DNA from: Octopus vulgaris
Taxonomy: Eukaryota
Direction: 5' to 3'
DNA length: 64,000 nt
Assembly (NCBI GenBank): GCA_951406725.2
Contig: OX597826.1
Coordinates: 19,716,001 to 19,780,000 of the forward strand
Below the pieces are notes generated by a model. The model saw only the letters and a list, made by a program, of their open reading frames with translations, made no database searches and had not been told where the DNA came from. Made by a program: the position numbers and the translations under genes. Positions 1-16,000 of the stretch are shown one piece after another (within the stretch, counting starts at the first letter, position 1; every line of letters begins with the position of its first letter).

Positions 1-499
1 AACTAAGAAGATCCACTCACATATTTCCATAAAATATTTGTTATAAAGATACATATATTTATATATCAAGACATAGAATGTAATTTTTGGTAGGGTACAC
101 AAAGCATATGACACCGTTTTTTCTGTGTAGTATTACATAACATAACGTTTACTGATTTCACCGCAATTTGCTATAATCACATGTACGCTAAGTTATAAAG
201 TATAGATTAAACATTTTTGTTTGACTATCAATAGACATAGAAACATACATATACTAAATTGACATCGGTTTATAGCAATTAAATTATAAGAGATTAATTA
301 TTAATGAAATTTTTTTCATTATCAGAGCGGGTAGGCCTATTATTAATAACATAAATGAAAAAAATTTCTTTTGCATTCACAAACTACCGTACACTTTCTC
401 TAGATTTAAATAGAACTTAGCTTTTCTACTAGTAATATTTTAACTCCCTTCTGTATCTAATTATACTAGTAGTCTTCTACAATTTAAAAACATGCAACT

Positions 500-972
500 T
501 ATAAATTTATACACGCACATACACATACATATCAATATATACACATACATATATATGAACACACATATATATATACATACATATATACACATATGCAGAT
601 ATACACATATATGTGTATATATATATATATATATACACATATGTGTGTATATATATATATATATATACATACACATATATATATCCACATATATATATAC
701 TTGTATACATATATATATATATATATACACACATAAATACGTATATATATATATATATATACACACATATATATATATATACATATATATACATGCATAT
801 ATACATACACATATATACATACATATATATACATACTCATAAACATACACATATATACATACATATATATATATATACATAAATATATATATTCACATAT
901 ATGCATACATATATATATAAATATACACATATATACATACATATATATCATCATCATCATATATATATATAA
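500..972. repeat. Compound (TA)n/(CA)n microsatellite
   Basis: Direct reading; it explains the Y/I/H/T-rich ORFs. Confidence 0.95.
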
Positions 973-976
973 AACT

Positions 977-2610
977 CTGTACGTTGACTTGGAGACAGCC
1001 TTTGACAGGGTCCCCCGTTCCCTTATCTGGTGGTCAATGAGGAAACTAGGGATAGATGAATGGTTAGTGAGAGCTGTGCGGGCCATGTACAGGGATGCTG
1101 TTAGTAAGGTGAGGGTTGGCAAGGAGTACAGTGAAGAATTCCGGGTGGAGGTTGGGGTCCACCAAGGCTCAGTCCTCAGCCCCCTCCTATTTATCATAGT
1201 CCTCCAGGCAATAACGGAGGAATTCAAGACAGGATGCCCCTGGGAGCTCCTCTATGCTGATGACCTTGCTCTAATTGCTGAATCACTATCAGAACTCGAG
1301 GAGAAGTTTCAGGCGTGGAAGCAAGGATTAGAATCGAAGGGCCTTAGAGTCAATCTAGCTAAAACCAAAGTCCTAATAAGTAGGAAGGCAGACAAATCTC
1401 AAACGCCTTCAGGTAATTGGCCCTGCTCGATCTGTAGAAAAGGCGTAGGTGGGAACTCTATAATATGCACCAAGTGTAAGCTATGGACACATAAGAGGTG
1501 CAGCAATGTCAAAGGAAGGCTAACTAGGAATATAGTTCTTGTATGTGGCAGATACTCTGGTGCAATAAACACTGAAAATGCGCAGAGATCATCTTCCACC
1601 ACATTCCAGGGAGAAAAACTTGAAATAGTTGATAGTTTCTGTTACCTTGGTGACCAAGTCAGTAGCGGGGGTGGGTGTGCCGAAAGTGTAACTGCTAGAG
1701 TAAGAATAGCCTGGGCAAAGTTCAGAGAGCTCTCACCTCTGCTGGTGACAAAAGGCCTCTCGCTCAGAGTAAAAGGCAGACTGTATGATGCATGTGTGCG
1801 AACAGCCATGCTACATGGAAGTGAAACATGGGCCATGAGGATATGCGTAAGCTCGCAAGAAATGAAGCCAGTATGCTCCAATGGATGTGTAATGTCAGTG
1901 TTCATACCCGACAGATTATAAGTGCCTTGAGAGAAAACTTGGACCTAAGAAGCATCAGATGTGGTGTGCAAGAGAGGCATCTACGCTGGTATGGACACGT
2001 GGTAAGAATGGATGAAGATAGTTGTTTGAAAAAGTGCCACACCCTAGCGGTCGAGGGAACCTGTGGAAGAGGTAGACCCAGAAAAACCTGGGTTGAGGTG
2101 GTGAAGAACGACCGTCGCTCTTTAGGTCTCACCGAGGAAATGACCAGAGACCGAGACCTTTGGAAGTATGCTATGCATGAGAAGACCCGACAGGACAAGT
2201 GAGGCCATAACCCATGGACCCTACCTGGGACGTAGTCAGTCCACCTGTGCATAACTTCCTTCTTGGGACACATAACTCTACTTGTGAAGACCTGTTGAGG
2301 CAAGTGAAAATCAAAAATCAAAGAATCAAATAAAAATCGAAATTGATCAACATCAATTGAATTTGTAGTTTTGCGGTACCAGTGCCGGTGACACATAAGA
2401 AAACCATCCGAACGTGACCGTAACCAGTACCGCATCGACTGGCCTCCGTGCTGGTGGTACGTAACAAACACCATCCGATCGTGGCCGTGCCAGCCTCGCC
2501 TGGCCTCCGTGTCGGTGGCACGTAAAAAAACACCATCCGAGCATGGCCGTTCACCAGCCTCAACTGGCACTTGTGTCGGTGGCACATATGTTAAAGATGA
2601 TGATGATGAT
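977..2610 (+). mobile_element. 5'-truncated RTE-clade LINE, PHD-finger family, copy 1
   Basis: ORF 989-1921 has [23 protein letters not shown] and FCYLG. It frameshifts into 1828-2202 ([16 protein letters not shown]), followed by a modular 3' UTR and a (TGA)n tail. Confidence 0.93.
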
Positions 2611-2623
2611 ATTTATATATATA

Positions 2624-3795
2624 CGGACTATTCGTTCCATGACTTTGCTGATGTGTGAGGTAGGAGAGATAGACCTATCATTTTTAGCATCTGCTCTGCT
2701 TCCTTCTTTATGGATAGGGCATATCCCTTCTTTCAATTTGACTGGGAGCTTACCACTTGCAAGAAAGCTCTGAAGAAGAAGCTGTAGCAGTTTTGCAAGG
2801 GCTCGTTTGCATGATTTGAAAAGGATCGCTGGAAATCCATCAGGTCCAGCAGCTAAGTTTTTGTCCATCTCATCTATGGCCAGTGTGATACCATCATCTT
2901 CAATGTTGATGTACTGAATTTTTGCCTCTTTGGCTACAGGTAAAGTGGCAAAGAATTCTTCTGGTTTGTTTACTTGCCTGTGTCCTAGAGGTGTAGTGAA
3001 CACACTTTCGACTGTTTGTTCAGTATTTCACTTATCCTCATAGGATCTCCTGTGAGGGAGCCATCTTTTTGGAAAAGAGGTCCTATCCTTTGGTGCACTG
3101 CAGCCGTTTGGCAAATTTAATGAAGGCCTTAGGGTTTGACTTGATATTTTCTATAACCCAAGCTTCTGTATCTGTTTTCTCCTTTTCATGAGACTGATGC
3201 AGACTTGTTTCAATTTCCATTAGCATTCTCTCGAGGTGAGACTTCTCACCACTTTTGGTGTGCTTGCTCAGGCGGTTTGCAACCCTTGTCTGTCGTCTCA
3301 TAAGAATCTTCCTTGTGTGTGCTGGCCCTGCACACTGGGACATATTTGTCACATATGGCTTGAATTATGGACATGAAACGTTTGTGTTTCATGTCAGTGT
3401 CTGGTGTGGAGAGACATTTAGGCCCATCCTGTTTGAGGAGCTCTTCCTCAATCAACTTCCAATTTGCCTTATGAAAGTTTAGTTTGGAGAGATTGTGGAT
3501 GCTTCGCATAGACTGTGCAATTGTATACATTGACAGCTCTATTATATTGTGTTCCGAGACCAATGTTGGCATCGTTTTAACATTATGGATAATGTCCATA
3601 TTGTTTGTGAAGCAGAGATCCAGTATAATATTTGCCCTGGTTGGTTGCAGCACAATTTGCTCCATGAAAGAGGTATTTGTGAGGTGGAGCAGGATCTACA
3701 CCAGTGTTTGCTGATGGGGTGTCATCTCTGGGAGCATCTGCCCCCGCCCCAGGCCATTCCACATTGGGTAAGTCACCCATCAAGAATATAGTGTT
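2624..3795 (-). mobile_element. Degraded CR1-like LINE fragment (APE C-terminus to RT N-terminus)
   Basis: QPTRANIILDLCFTN, KANWKLI, AAGPDGFPA and IHKEGSR motifs across frameshifts; homologous to 21800-22500 on the + strand. Confidence 0.85.
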
Positions 3796-3864
3796 GTTTA
3801 TATATATATATACATATACATATAAATACACACATATATAAATATACATACTTACAAACATATA

Positions 3865-3981
3865 TACTCTTTTACTCTTTTACTTGTTTCAGTCATTTAA
3901 CTGTGGCCATGCTGGAGTACCGCCTTTAGTCGAGCAACTCGACCCCGGGACTTATTCTATCGGTCTCTTTGGCCAAACCGT
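3865..3981 (-). mobile_element. SINE family A 3' fragment
   Basis: Reverse complement of the tail ggcggtgctccagcatggcc...gaaacaagtaaaagag seen at 21170-21228. Confidence 0.8.
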
Positions 3982-4005
3982 TATACATATATAATACATA
4001 TATAC

Positions 4006-4007
<2 letters not shown>

Positions 4008-4078
<71 letters not shown>

Positions 4079-4101
4079 TGGATAGATAGATAGATAGATA
4101 G
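4008..4101. repeat. (GATA)n microsatellite
   Basis: Direct reading. Confidence 0.95.
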
Positions 4102-4654
4102 GTTTAAGAGACAGAATCACCCTCAAGCAAACTCAATCATCATTGAATGACATTATCCACGATAGGTACATATAGAACTAAATATTAAAATTATCAAAAT
4201 TAGTACCTACAATTCTTATTCCAAATTATCCAAAATTAATACCTTGAATTCTTATTTCAAATCATATACTTTACATTATCTAGACTACAAGCGTTTAGTG
4301 ACAACGTATTCCTCGATATTGCTGAAATAGAATCACTCTAAATACAATACCATATTAAAACGATTATATTGTCAATCTTCAGCTCTATCTTATATGAATT
4401 TATTTTGCTATTTAGTGGATATAATTCTTATTAACTGTTAATAAGAATTATCTTATGTAGGGGAGATAATTCTTATTAAATGTTAATATGAATTATCTCC
4501 CTACAAAGTAGCTCTCAATGTTGGATTATACAATTGCTGGTAGCCGTGTTTAATGCATGGAGAGAAAATTACCATACATATGTATACATATGTATGTATG
4601 TATATAGATCGTTATTGTGTGTGTTATTTGTGTGTTTTTTTTTACTACAAAGAA

Positions 4655-4741
4655 ATGAAAGAATGGAGTTGAACGACGAATTAACAAAATTCCTTTATTT
4701 TATTTTCGACATATGTTTCGAAGGCTGCATATTCCTAATTT
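4655..4741 (-). mobile_element. Penelope-like terminal repeat fragment
   Basis: Near-identical to 45970-46050, which lies at the 3' end of the GIY-YIG Penelope relic. Confidence 0.6.
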
Positions 4742-6502
4742 ATTTGGAAGGCGGCTGATGTTGAACCATTGTGCTGTATGGTGCCTTGCATATCATCATG
4801 GAAAGACTTGATGATCCTCAGCAGCTTTGGTGGACATCCGATTTTTTGGTGCAGGATGAAGAGGCCTTTTCTACTTACCGAGTCAAAGGTCTTTGTCAGA
4901 TTAATGAAGGCCATATATAATGGCATTTTCTGCTATCTGGACTTGTCCTGAAGTTGGCGTATGGAGAATATCATGTCAATAGTTGATCTACTTCTTCAAA
5001 AGTCACACTGCGATTTCGGATAGATTCGAGAAGCAAGTAGTTGTAGCTTGGCCAGGATAACGCAAGCAAAGGTCTTTCCAACATTGCTTAGAAGAGATAT
5101 TTCACGGTAATTGTTACAATCACCACGGTCACCTTTGTTTTTGTAAAGCGTAATGATGTTAGCATCCCGCATATCCTGAGGGACTGTACCCTCTTCCCAG
5201 CACTGACACAGAAGCTGATGAAGGTGCCGAAGCAAGATGGTGTTTTTCCGGTTTTCATGAACTCTGAGGGGATGCCGTCTTTTCCCGGAGCTTTGTTACT
5301 TGCTAGGGAGTCAATAGCCTTGGTAAGCTCTGCTATAGATGGTAGACTGTCAAGTTCAGACATGACTGGCAAGATCTTGACACCCTCGATTGCAACCTCA
5401 GCTACTGTAGTCTCCCGTGAGCAGAGATCCTGGTAGTGCTCCACCCATCTATCCATTTGCTTGCGTTGATCCCTGATGAGATCTCCAGTAGTTGATTTCA
5501 GAGGGGCTGACTTGGTTGCGGATGGACCGAGGGCCTTATTCAAACCAGCATACATCCCATGGGTGTCGCCCCTGTCAGCAGCTGACTGGATACTCTGACA
5601 GATTTCCTGCCAATACCTATATGCACAGCATCTGGCTGTCAGTTGGGCTTCATTTCTTGCCTTTCTGAGTTCTTCGAGTGACTTTGTAGAAGAATCACTC
5701 TTGTATTGCATCAGAGCTGCACGCTTTGCTTCGATAACTGGCTCCAGCTCTGAGAGCCCAGCACTGAACCAATCTGTGTTTTGCCTTTCTCTCATGCCGA
5801 AAGTATCTATTGATGTGGTATACAAAGCTTCCCTGATATAATTCCACCTACTTTCAGCAGAGGAGGTTGGGCAGCCACTGAGGGCAACCTTGATAGAAAC
5901 AGCAAAAAATTTTCGCAGTGTAGGGTTCGAAGTTCTGGCAGTGTTAATGCATGGTTGGCCCACTTTCTTGGAGCGATGGACTTTTTTAGGTAGAATCCTC
6001 ACCCTACTTCTAATTAGTGAGTGGTCTTTGTCACAATCCGCGCTGTGGTAACTGCGGGTCAATAGAGTAGAATTCAGGAAGGATCTCCGTGTAATGATGA
6101 GATCCAGTTGATGCCAGTGGTGAGATCTTGGATGTCTCCAAGATGCCTTGTGGGATGGCTTGTTGGCAAAGAATGTGTTTGTGATGCACAGGTTATGGTA
6201 TGTGCAGAATTCGAGTAGTCTCTGACCATTGTCATTCATGTTGCCAATACCAAAGTGTCCAACACAAATGGGCCACGAATCATGGTCAGATCCCACGCGA
6301 GTGTTAAAATCCCCTAGAAGGTAGATATTTTCAGTCGTTGGTATATTTTCTATGACACAGTTGAGATCTTTGTAGAACTGGTCCTTGGTCTCCTCTGAGC
6401 TGTAGAGAGTGGGAGCATAGATGCTGAGTAGATGTACTGAGCCAGAAGAAGTCGAGAGGCGCAGTGAGAGGATACACTCAGTGCCTCCTGATGGTGGTTC
6501 TA
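4742..6502 (-). mobile_element. RTE/BovB-like LINE fragment (APE endonuclease plus RT N-terminus)
   Basis: NGQRLLEFC, WRHPRSHHWHQLDLII, KAPGKDGIP, LYKNKGDRGDCNNYREISLL and AFINLTKTFDSVSR, with frameshifts. Confidence 0.92.
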
Positions 6503-6673
6503 TTAAACATAAATGATGATGATGATGATGATGATAAATAAATAAATGCAGTTAAACGCAGTGGCTGCTCAAATTCTTTTACTTTCGACACATGATTCGA
6601 AGATATATATATATATATATACATACATTTACATATATCTATATACATATATCTATATACATATACATATATC

Positions 6674-6721
<48 letters not shown>

Positions 6722-6810
6722 CACATATATCTATATACATATACATATATATATATATATATATACATATATCTATATATACGAGAAAGAAGCAACAAGA
6801 ATGGATAGGT

Positions 6811-6901
6811 TTTTAGTACAATCGTTTCATACAAGGACAGGCTTTATTAAAAGTTGCAAAAATTACAGCATATAAACGTGTCCCGTACTCATCAGCTAAA
6901 A
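6811..6901 (-). ncRNA. Type I hammerhead ribozyme motif, canonical core
   Basis: Minus strand reads UUUUAG-CUGAUGA-GUACGGGACA...UGUCCUUGUAU-GAAA-CGAUUG-UA-CUAAAA: 6-bp stem I, about 10-bp stem II, GUA triplet. Confidence 0.8.
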
Positions 6902-7434
6902 TACATGTGAGTTCTCTAGACATCCTAGTGGTTGAGGCTATACTCATGAAGTAATGTAGATAATTAAGTAACATAAACAGATTTCAAAGTTCATTAAAGT
7001 TCTTTAAAGATGATGTACAGTCTTATTCACAGAATCTTAAAAAAGTTTTAATAGCATCACAGAGAAGGTGACCTAATCCATAGTGCACATATGAATTTCC
7101 AGAGATATGATGAGGGATTACATACTCACAGAAGACAAATTTATCCATTGTTAATCACAACGAGGTGGGTCTCAATTCCTGCTTATTAGCATTACAGAGA
7201 GGGTGAATTAATCCTTTGTATAGATGCACAATTTCCAATGGTGTAGATGTAAATTTCCAGAGAAATGAAGAGGAATTTCATATTCACAGGCGATAAATTT
7301 ATCAATGGTTGAACACAATGAGGTAGGTATCAATTCTTGTTATATGATTAGGTATTTGCCACATTAATCACATTACTGCTATTTACAAGAGGCTGTAGCT
7401 ATTTAACTTTTAAAGGCTGAAGGGCTTTCTAGAG

Positions 7435-7635
7435 AGGCAAAGAATAGAAAAGGGAAGGGAATAGAAGAAAAGAGAGAAAATAAAGGAGGAGGGAGCAAAA
7501 AGGAGGGGGGATGGGGACTAAAAGAGAAGAGAAAAGGAAAAAGAGAAGAAGAAGAAGAAAAAGAAAAAAAGAGAAAGAAATAGGGAAAGAAGGGAAAAAG
7601 AAAAAGAAGAAGAAAAAGAAAAAGAAAAAAAGAGG
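7435..7635. repeat. Polypurine (GA-rich) low-complexity tract
   Basis: Direct reading. Confidence 0.85.
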
Positions 7636-8157
7636 TTCTAGTTATACAGAAGAATTAGTAGACGGCAAGTCTGGTTTTAATTTACAGGCATCTAGGAACT
7701 AGAGGAGAATATTATTCTTTGACCAGTAAAACAGCTAATTTATTGCTGTTGAAATCAGCTATGAATTTAAAGAGAATCTAAAGAGATAACACAGTCAGGG
7801 GTTTAGGGGTCAGATGCTAAAATCAAAAGAAAATACATTATGAAAATCTAAGTATAATCTTAACAAAAAGTCATTAAAATTTACTTATTTAATTTATTCA
7901 TTTTATTGTCTTAAGGAGTTGCCGTTATTATTCATACATTGACGGACTACAGGTCAAATCTTAGAAGATCATTTACAAGGTGTTAGGGGATTGTCTATCA
8001 TAATGAAGATAATCATATTATCACCGAGGGAGTAGCCTTATTTATTTAATTTTGAAATAGAATTATATCTATATATATATATACATATACATATATATAT
8101 ATATACATATATCTATATATATATATACATATATCTATCTATATATATATATGTGTG

Positions 8158-8203
<46 letters not shown>

Positions 8204-8221
8204 ACACATATATTTATATGT

Positions 8222-8261
<40 letters not shown>

Positions 8262-8263
8262 AC

Positions 8264-8305
<42 letters not shown>

Positions 8306-9652
8306 CCTTAAATCCTTAAAAATGTTTTAGCCCGAAGGCCGCAGCCATGCTGGGGCACCACCGCTGAATGAGCTACACTAGTTTGTGAATCCACGTCTGA
8401 TACGTGGCACTTGATCAACAAGGGAGTTCGATGCTGCTGCCCGCATCCGCGTCTCCTGTCGTGAGGTAGGTTCATCTGGGACTCCCAACAAGAAGAGATC
8501 CAGTTTAGTTTTAAAGAAACCCACATCCACACCATGTAAGTCTCTCAGGCATTTAGGGAGGATGTTAAAGAGCTGCGGTCCTCTGAAACCCAAGCTGTTG
8601 CAGTATCTGGACCTGTATTTTGATGGTGATGTTGGAATCCTTGGCACCACACAGCGGCGCCCCGTTCTGCGGTTGGAGTAACTTTGAATGCCAAAGTTTG
8701 GGACAAGACCCTCCAGGATTTTCCAGATGTATATCACTGCATATCTCTCCCGCCTCCGCTCTAGGGAGAAGAGGTTTAATACCTTCAGTCTTTCCCAGTA
8801 GCTGATATTTTGCATTGAGACGATTTTCTTTGTGTAGCTTCTCTAAATTGCTTCGAGTTCTGCTGTTTGTTTTATATTGTGTGGTGACCAAAGTTGGGAG
8901 CAGTAGTCCAAGCGGCTGAGGACGAATGTTTTCCATAGGACCATCAGTGTCTCCTTCTCTCTTGTTCTGAAAGTTCGGAGAATCCATCCAGCTAGCCGTC
9001 TGCATTTTATCACCAGATTAGCAATATGCATTTGGAAAGATGCATCATTGCTCATGTCAATGCCCAGGTCACGCACTGATTTTGACTCAGGGATTGCAAT
9101 TCTTCCTGGGCCAGTGTATCCAGTCTTCACGTCATTTACCTTTGTGTGCCAGTAGCGCAGGGCCTGGAACTTACCTGCATTAAACTGCATGTTGTTGTCC
9201 TCAGCCCACCGGTATATTGTGTCCAGCTCATGTTGCAGATGCGCAATATTTTCAGGGTTTTGTATTGCGTGGGAGACTTTTGTGTCATCTGCATAGCTAG
9301 CAAGGGTGGTCATCGTAGCAACTGAAGGCATGTCTGAAAGGGCCACTATGAACATCAGTGGCCCCAAGACAGTGCCCTGTGGGACACCGCTTGTTATTTG
9401 CGTTTCCTTGGAGGTGGCTCCATTGCTCACAACTGCCTGTTTTCTGTCTTTTAGGAAGTTGTGCAGCCACTCTCCAAGTTTCCCGCCTATGCCGAGACCA
9501 CGCAGTTTGTGACAGATCATACCATGGTCGACTTTATCAAAGGCTTTTGCAAAGTCGAGATATATTACATCCACATTTGAGCCATTTAGTAGCTGTTTCA
9601 ACACCCAGTCATAGTGTTGCAGGAGCTGTGTTAGGCAGCCTCTACCTGGTCG
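8306..9652 (-). mobile_element. 5'-truncated CR1-like LINE with 3' end
   Basis: [37 protein letters not shown] and SLERRRERY; tail gcggtggtgccccagcatggctgcggcc...(tttaagga)n. Confidence 0.92.
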
Positions 9653-10204
<552 letters not shown>

Positions 10205-10205
10205 A

Positions 10206-10440
10206 TCTATCTATATATATATATAAAATTGAGAATGTGTGTCTGTCTGTGTGAATCCCTAAAACTTGAGAACTACACAGCCAATTAATTCAAATTTTAC
10301 ACATGCCTTACTTGTGTAGTGTCATGGGCAGGAAAAAATGTTCAACTTCTTGCCTAGGACGAGCACACAGCAAGATCACATCTTCTCCACTATTTCAGTA
10401 TTACCTTTTAACAGTGAAACAACAGTATCTCTCTATTGTA
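10206..10440 (+). mobile_element. Non-autonomous Helitron 5' fragment
   Basis: Matches the 5' part of the element at 25106-26250 (tataaaa-tgagaatgtgtgtctgtctgtg...aaacttgagaactacac). Confidence 0.7.
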
Positions 10441-10450
10441 TGTATATGGA

Positions 10451-10507
<57 letters not shown>

Positions 10508-10594
10508 AAGGGTGAAAAGGAACACACGAGTTGATATATATGAAAAAACAAGTAAAAAATAGAAAATGCTAAAATAATTTTATAGTGAACATTT

Positions 10595-10633
10595 CAGTAC
10601 CGGTTTCGGTCATTTTGAGACCTTTTCAACTGT
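10595..10633 (-). ncRNA. Minimal hammerhead-like motif, variant core UUGAAAA
   Basis: Minus strand reads CAG-UUGAAAA-GGUC(ucaaaau)GACC-GAAA-CCGG-UA-CUG. Confidence 0.6.
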
Positions 10634-10759
10634 AACGATTAAATAATTAAATTTAGAAAAATTAGAAGAAAAGTTTTTTTAAAAGAATATTTCTATAGTA
10701 GTGTTCAGATTTAAGTGGCATTCTGCCTTTCTCTGACTCCCTTGTTTGCACTTGTGTGC

Positions 10760-13015
<2,256 letters not shown>

Positions 13016-16000
13016 GAGAAGTTTCAGGTGTGGAAACAAGGATTAGAATCGAAGGGCCTTAGAATCAACCTAGCCAAAACCAAAGTCCTAATAAGTAGGA
13101 AGGTAGATCAATCACAAACGCCTTCAGGTAGATGGCCCTGCTCGATCTGTAAAAAAGGTGTAGGTAGAAACTCTATAAGATGCACCAAGTGTAAGCTATG
13201 GACACATAAGAGGTGCAGCAATGTCAAAGGAAGGCTAACTAGGAAAATAGTTTTTGTCTGTGGCAAATGCTCAGGAGCAATAAACACTGGAAATGTGCAG
13301 AGACCAACTTCTGCCACGTTCCAGGGAGACAAACTAGAAGTAGTTGATAGCTTCCGCTACCTAGGAGACCAAGTCAGTAGCGGGGGTGGGTGTGCTGAAA
13401 GTGTAACTGCTAGAGTAAGAATAGCCTGGGCAAAGTTTAGAGAGCTCTTACCCCTGCTGGTGACAAAAGGCCTCTCGCTCAGAGTAAAAGGCAGACTGTA
13501 TGATGCATGTGTACGTACAGCCATGCTACATGGTAGTGAAACATGGGCCGTGACTGCTGAGGATATGCGTAAGCTCGCAAGAAATGAAGCCAGTATGCTC
13601 CGATGGATGTGTAATGTCAGTGTTCATAATCGTCAGAGTGTAAGTTCCTTGAGAGAAAAGTTGAACCTAAGAAGCGTCAGTTGTGGTGTGCAAGAGAGAC
13701 GGCTGCGCTGGTATGGTCATGTGACGAGAAAGGCTGAAGATAGTTGTGTGCAAAAGTGCTACACCCTAGCGGTTGAGGGAACCTGTGGAAGAGGTAGACC
13801 CAGGAAAACCTGGGACGAGGTGGTGAAGCACGACCTTCGAACTTTAGGTCTCACTAAGGAAATGTCTAGAGACCGAGACCTATGGAAGTATGCTGTGCGT
13901 GAGAAGACCCGGCAAGACAAGACTAGTCAGGCCATAACACATGGCCCCTACCTGGGACGTAGTCAGTCCTCCTGTGCATAGCTTCCTTCTTGAGACACTT
14001 ATGAAGACCTGTTGAGGCAAGTGAAAATCAAATCAAAACAAATCAAAATAGATGAACATCAGTGGAATTGTATTCTTTGTGGTACCAGTGCCGGTGGCAC
14101 ACAAGAAAACCACCCAAACGTGGCCGTAGCCAGTACCGCATCGACTGGCCTCCGTGCTGTGGGCACAACAAGCACCATCCGATCGTGGCCGTTCGCCAGC
14201 CTCACCTGGCACCTGTGTCGGTGGCACATAAAGACACCATCCGAAGACCCGGCGACGTAGTCAGTCCACCTGTGCATACCTTCCCTCTTATGACACTTGT
14301 GAAGACCTGTTGAGGCAAGTGTGTGACCCTTGTGAAGACCTGTTGAGGCAAGTGAAAATCAAACCAAATCAAAATAGATGAACATCAATGGAATTTGTAT
14401 CTTTGTGGTTCCAGTACCGGTGGCACACAAGAAAACCATCCGAACGTGGCCGTAGCCAGTACCGCATCGACTGGCCCCCGTGCTGTGGGCACAACAAACA
14501 CCATCTGATCGTGGCCGTTCGCCAGCCTCATCTGGCACCTGTGTCGGTGGCACATAAAAACACCATCCGAAGACCCGGCGACGTAGTCAGTTCACCTGTG
14601 CATACCTTCCCTCTTATGACACTTGTGAAGACCTGCTGAGGCAAGTGTGTGACACTTGTGAAGACCTGTTGAGGCAGAGGCAAGTGTGTGACACTTTGTG
14701 AAGACCTGTTGAGGCAGAGGCAAGGGTGTGACACTTGTGGAGACCTGTTGAGGCAAAAAACACCATCCGAAGACCCGGCGACGTAGTCAGTTCACCTGTG
14801 CATACCTTCCCTCTTATGACACTTGTGAAGACCTGTTGAGGCAAGTGTGTGACACTTGTGAAGACCTGTTGAGGCAGAGGCAAGTGTGTGACACTTTGTG
14901 AAGACCTGTTGAGGCAGAGGCAAGGGTGTGACACTTGTGAAGACCTGTTGAGGCAGAGGCAAGGGTGTGACACTTGTTAAGACCTGTTGAGGCAAGTGAA
15001 AATCAAATCAAACCAAATCAAAATAGATGAACATCAATGGAATTTGTATCTTTGTGGTTCCAGTACCGGTGGCACACAAGAAAACCATCCGATCGTGGCC
15101 GTTCGCCAGCCCCATCTGGCACCTGTGTCGGTGGCACATAAAAACACCATCCGAAGTCCCGGCGACGTAGTCAGTCCACCTGTGCATACCTCCCTACTTA
15201 TGACACTTGTGAAGACCTGTTGAGGCAAGGTGTGTGACACTTGTATAGACCTGTTGAGGCAAGTGAAAATCAAAATCAAATCAAATCAAATCAAATCAAA
15301 TCAAATCATACCAAATCAAAATAGATGAACATCAATGGAATTTGTATCTTTGTGGTACCAGTACCGGTGGCACACAAGAAAACCATCCGAACGTGGCCGT
15401 AGCCAGTACCGCATCGACTGGCCTCTGTGATGTGGGCACATAACAAACACCATCCGATCGTGGCCGTCCGCCAGCCTCATCTGGCACCTGTGTCGGTGGC
15501 ACATAAAAACACCAACCGAAGACCCGGCAAGACTAGTCAGGCCATAACCCGTGGCCCCTACTTGGGACGTAGTCAGTCCACCTGTGCATACCTTCCTTCC
15601 TTCTTGTGACACTTGTGAAGACCTGTTGAGGCAAGTGAAAATCAAATCAAATCAAATCAAGTCAAAATAGATGTGCATCAATGGAATTTGTGTCTTTGTG
15701 GTACCAGGCCGGTGGCACACAGGAAAACCATCCGAACGTGGCCGTGGCCAGTGCCGCATCGACTGGCCTCCGTGCTGTGGGCACGCAACAAACACCATCC
15801 GATCGTGGACGTTTGCCAGCCTCATCTGGCACCTGTGTCGGTGGCACATAAAAACACCATCCGAAGACCCGGCAAGACTAGTCAGGCCATAACCCGTGGC
15901 CCCTGCCTGGGACGTTGTCAGTCCACCTGTGCATACCTTCCTTCTTGTGACAATTGTGAAGACCTGTTGAGGCAAGTGAAAATCAAATCAAAATAGATGA

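Noticed and set aside
7511-7702. Lys/Arg-rich ORF
   Set aside because: Translation of a polypurine tract.
14295-14360. gtgaaga-cct-gttg-agg hairpin as a hammerhead
   Set aside because: It lacks the CUGA core and a GAAA directly after stem II.
14280-15265. CRISPR-like 33-39-bp hairpin repeats
   Set aside because: No unique spacers and no cas genes; the unit derives from the RTE 3' UTR.
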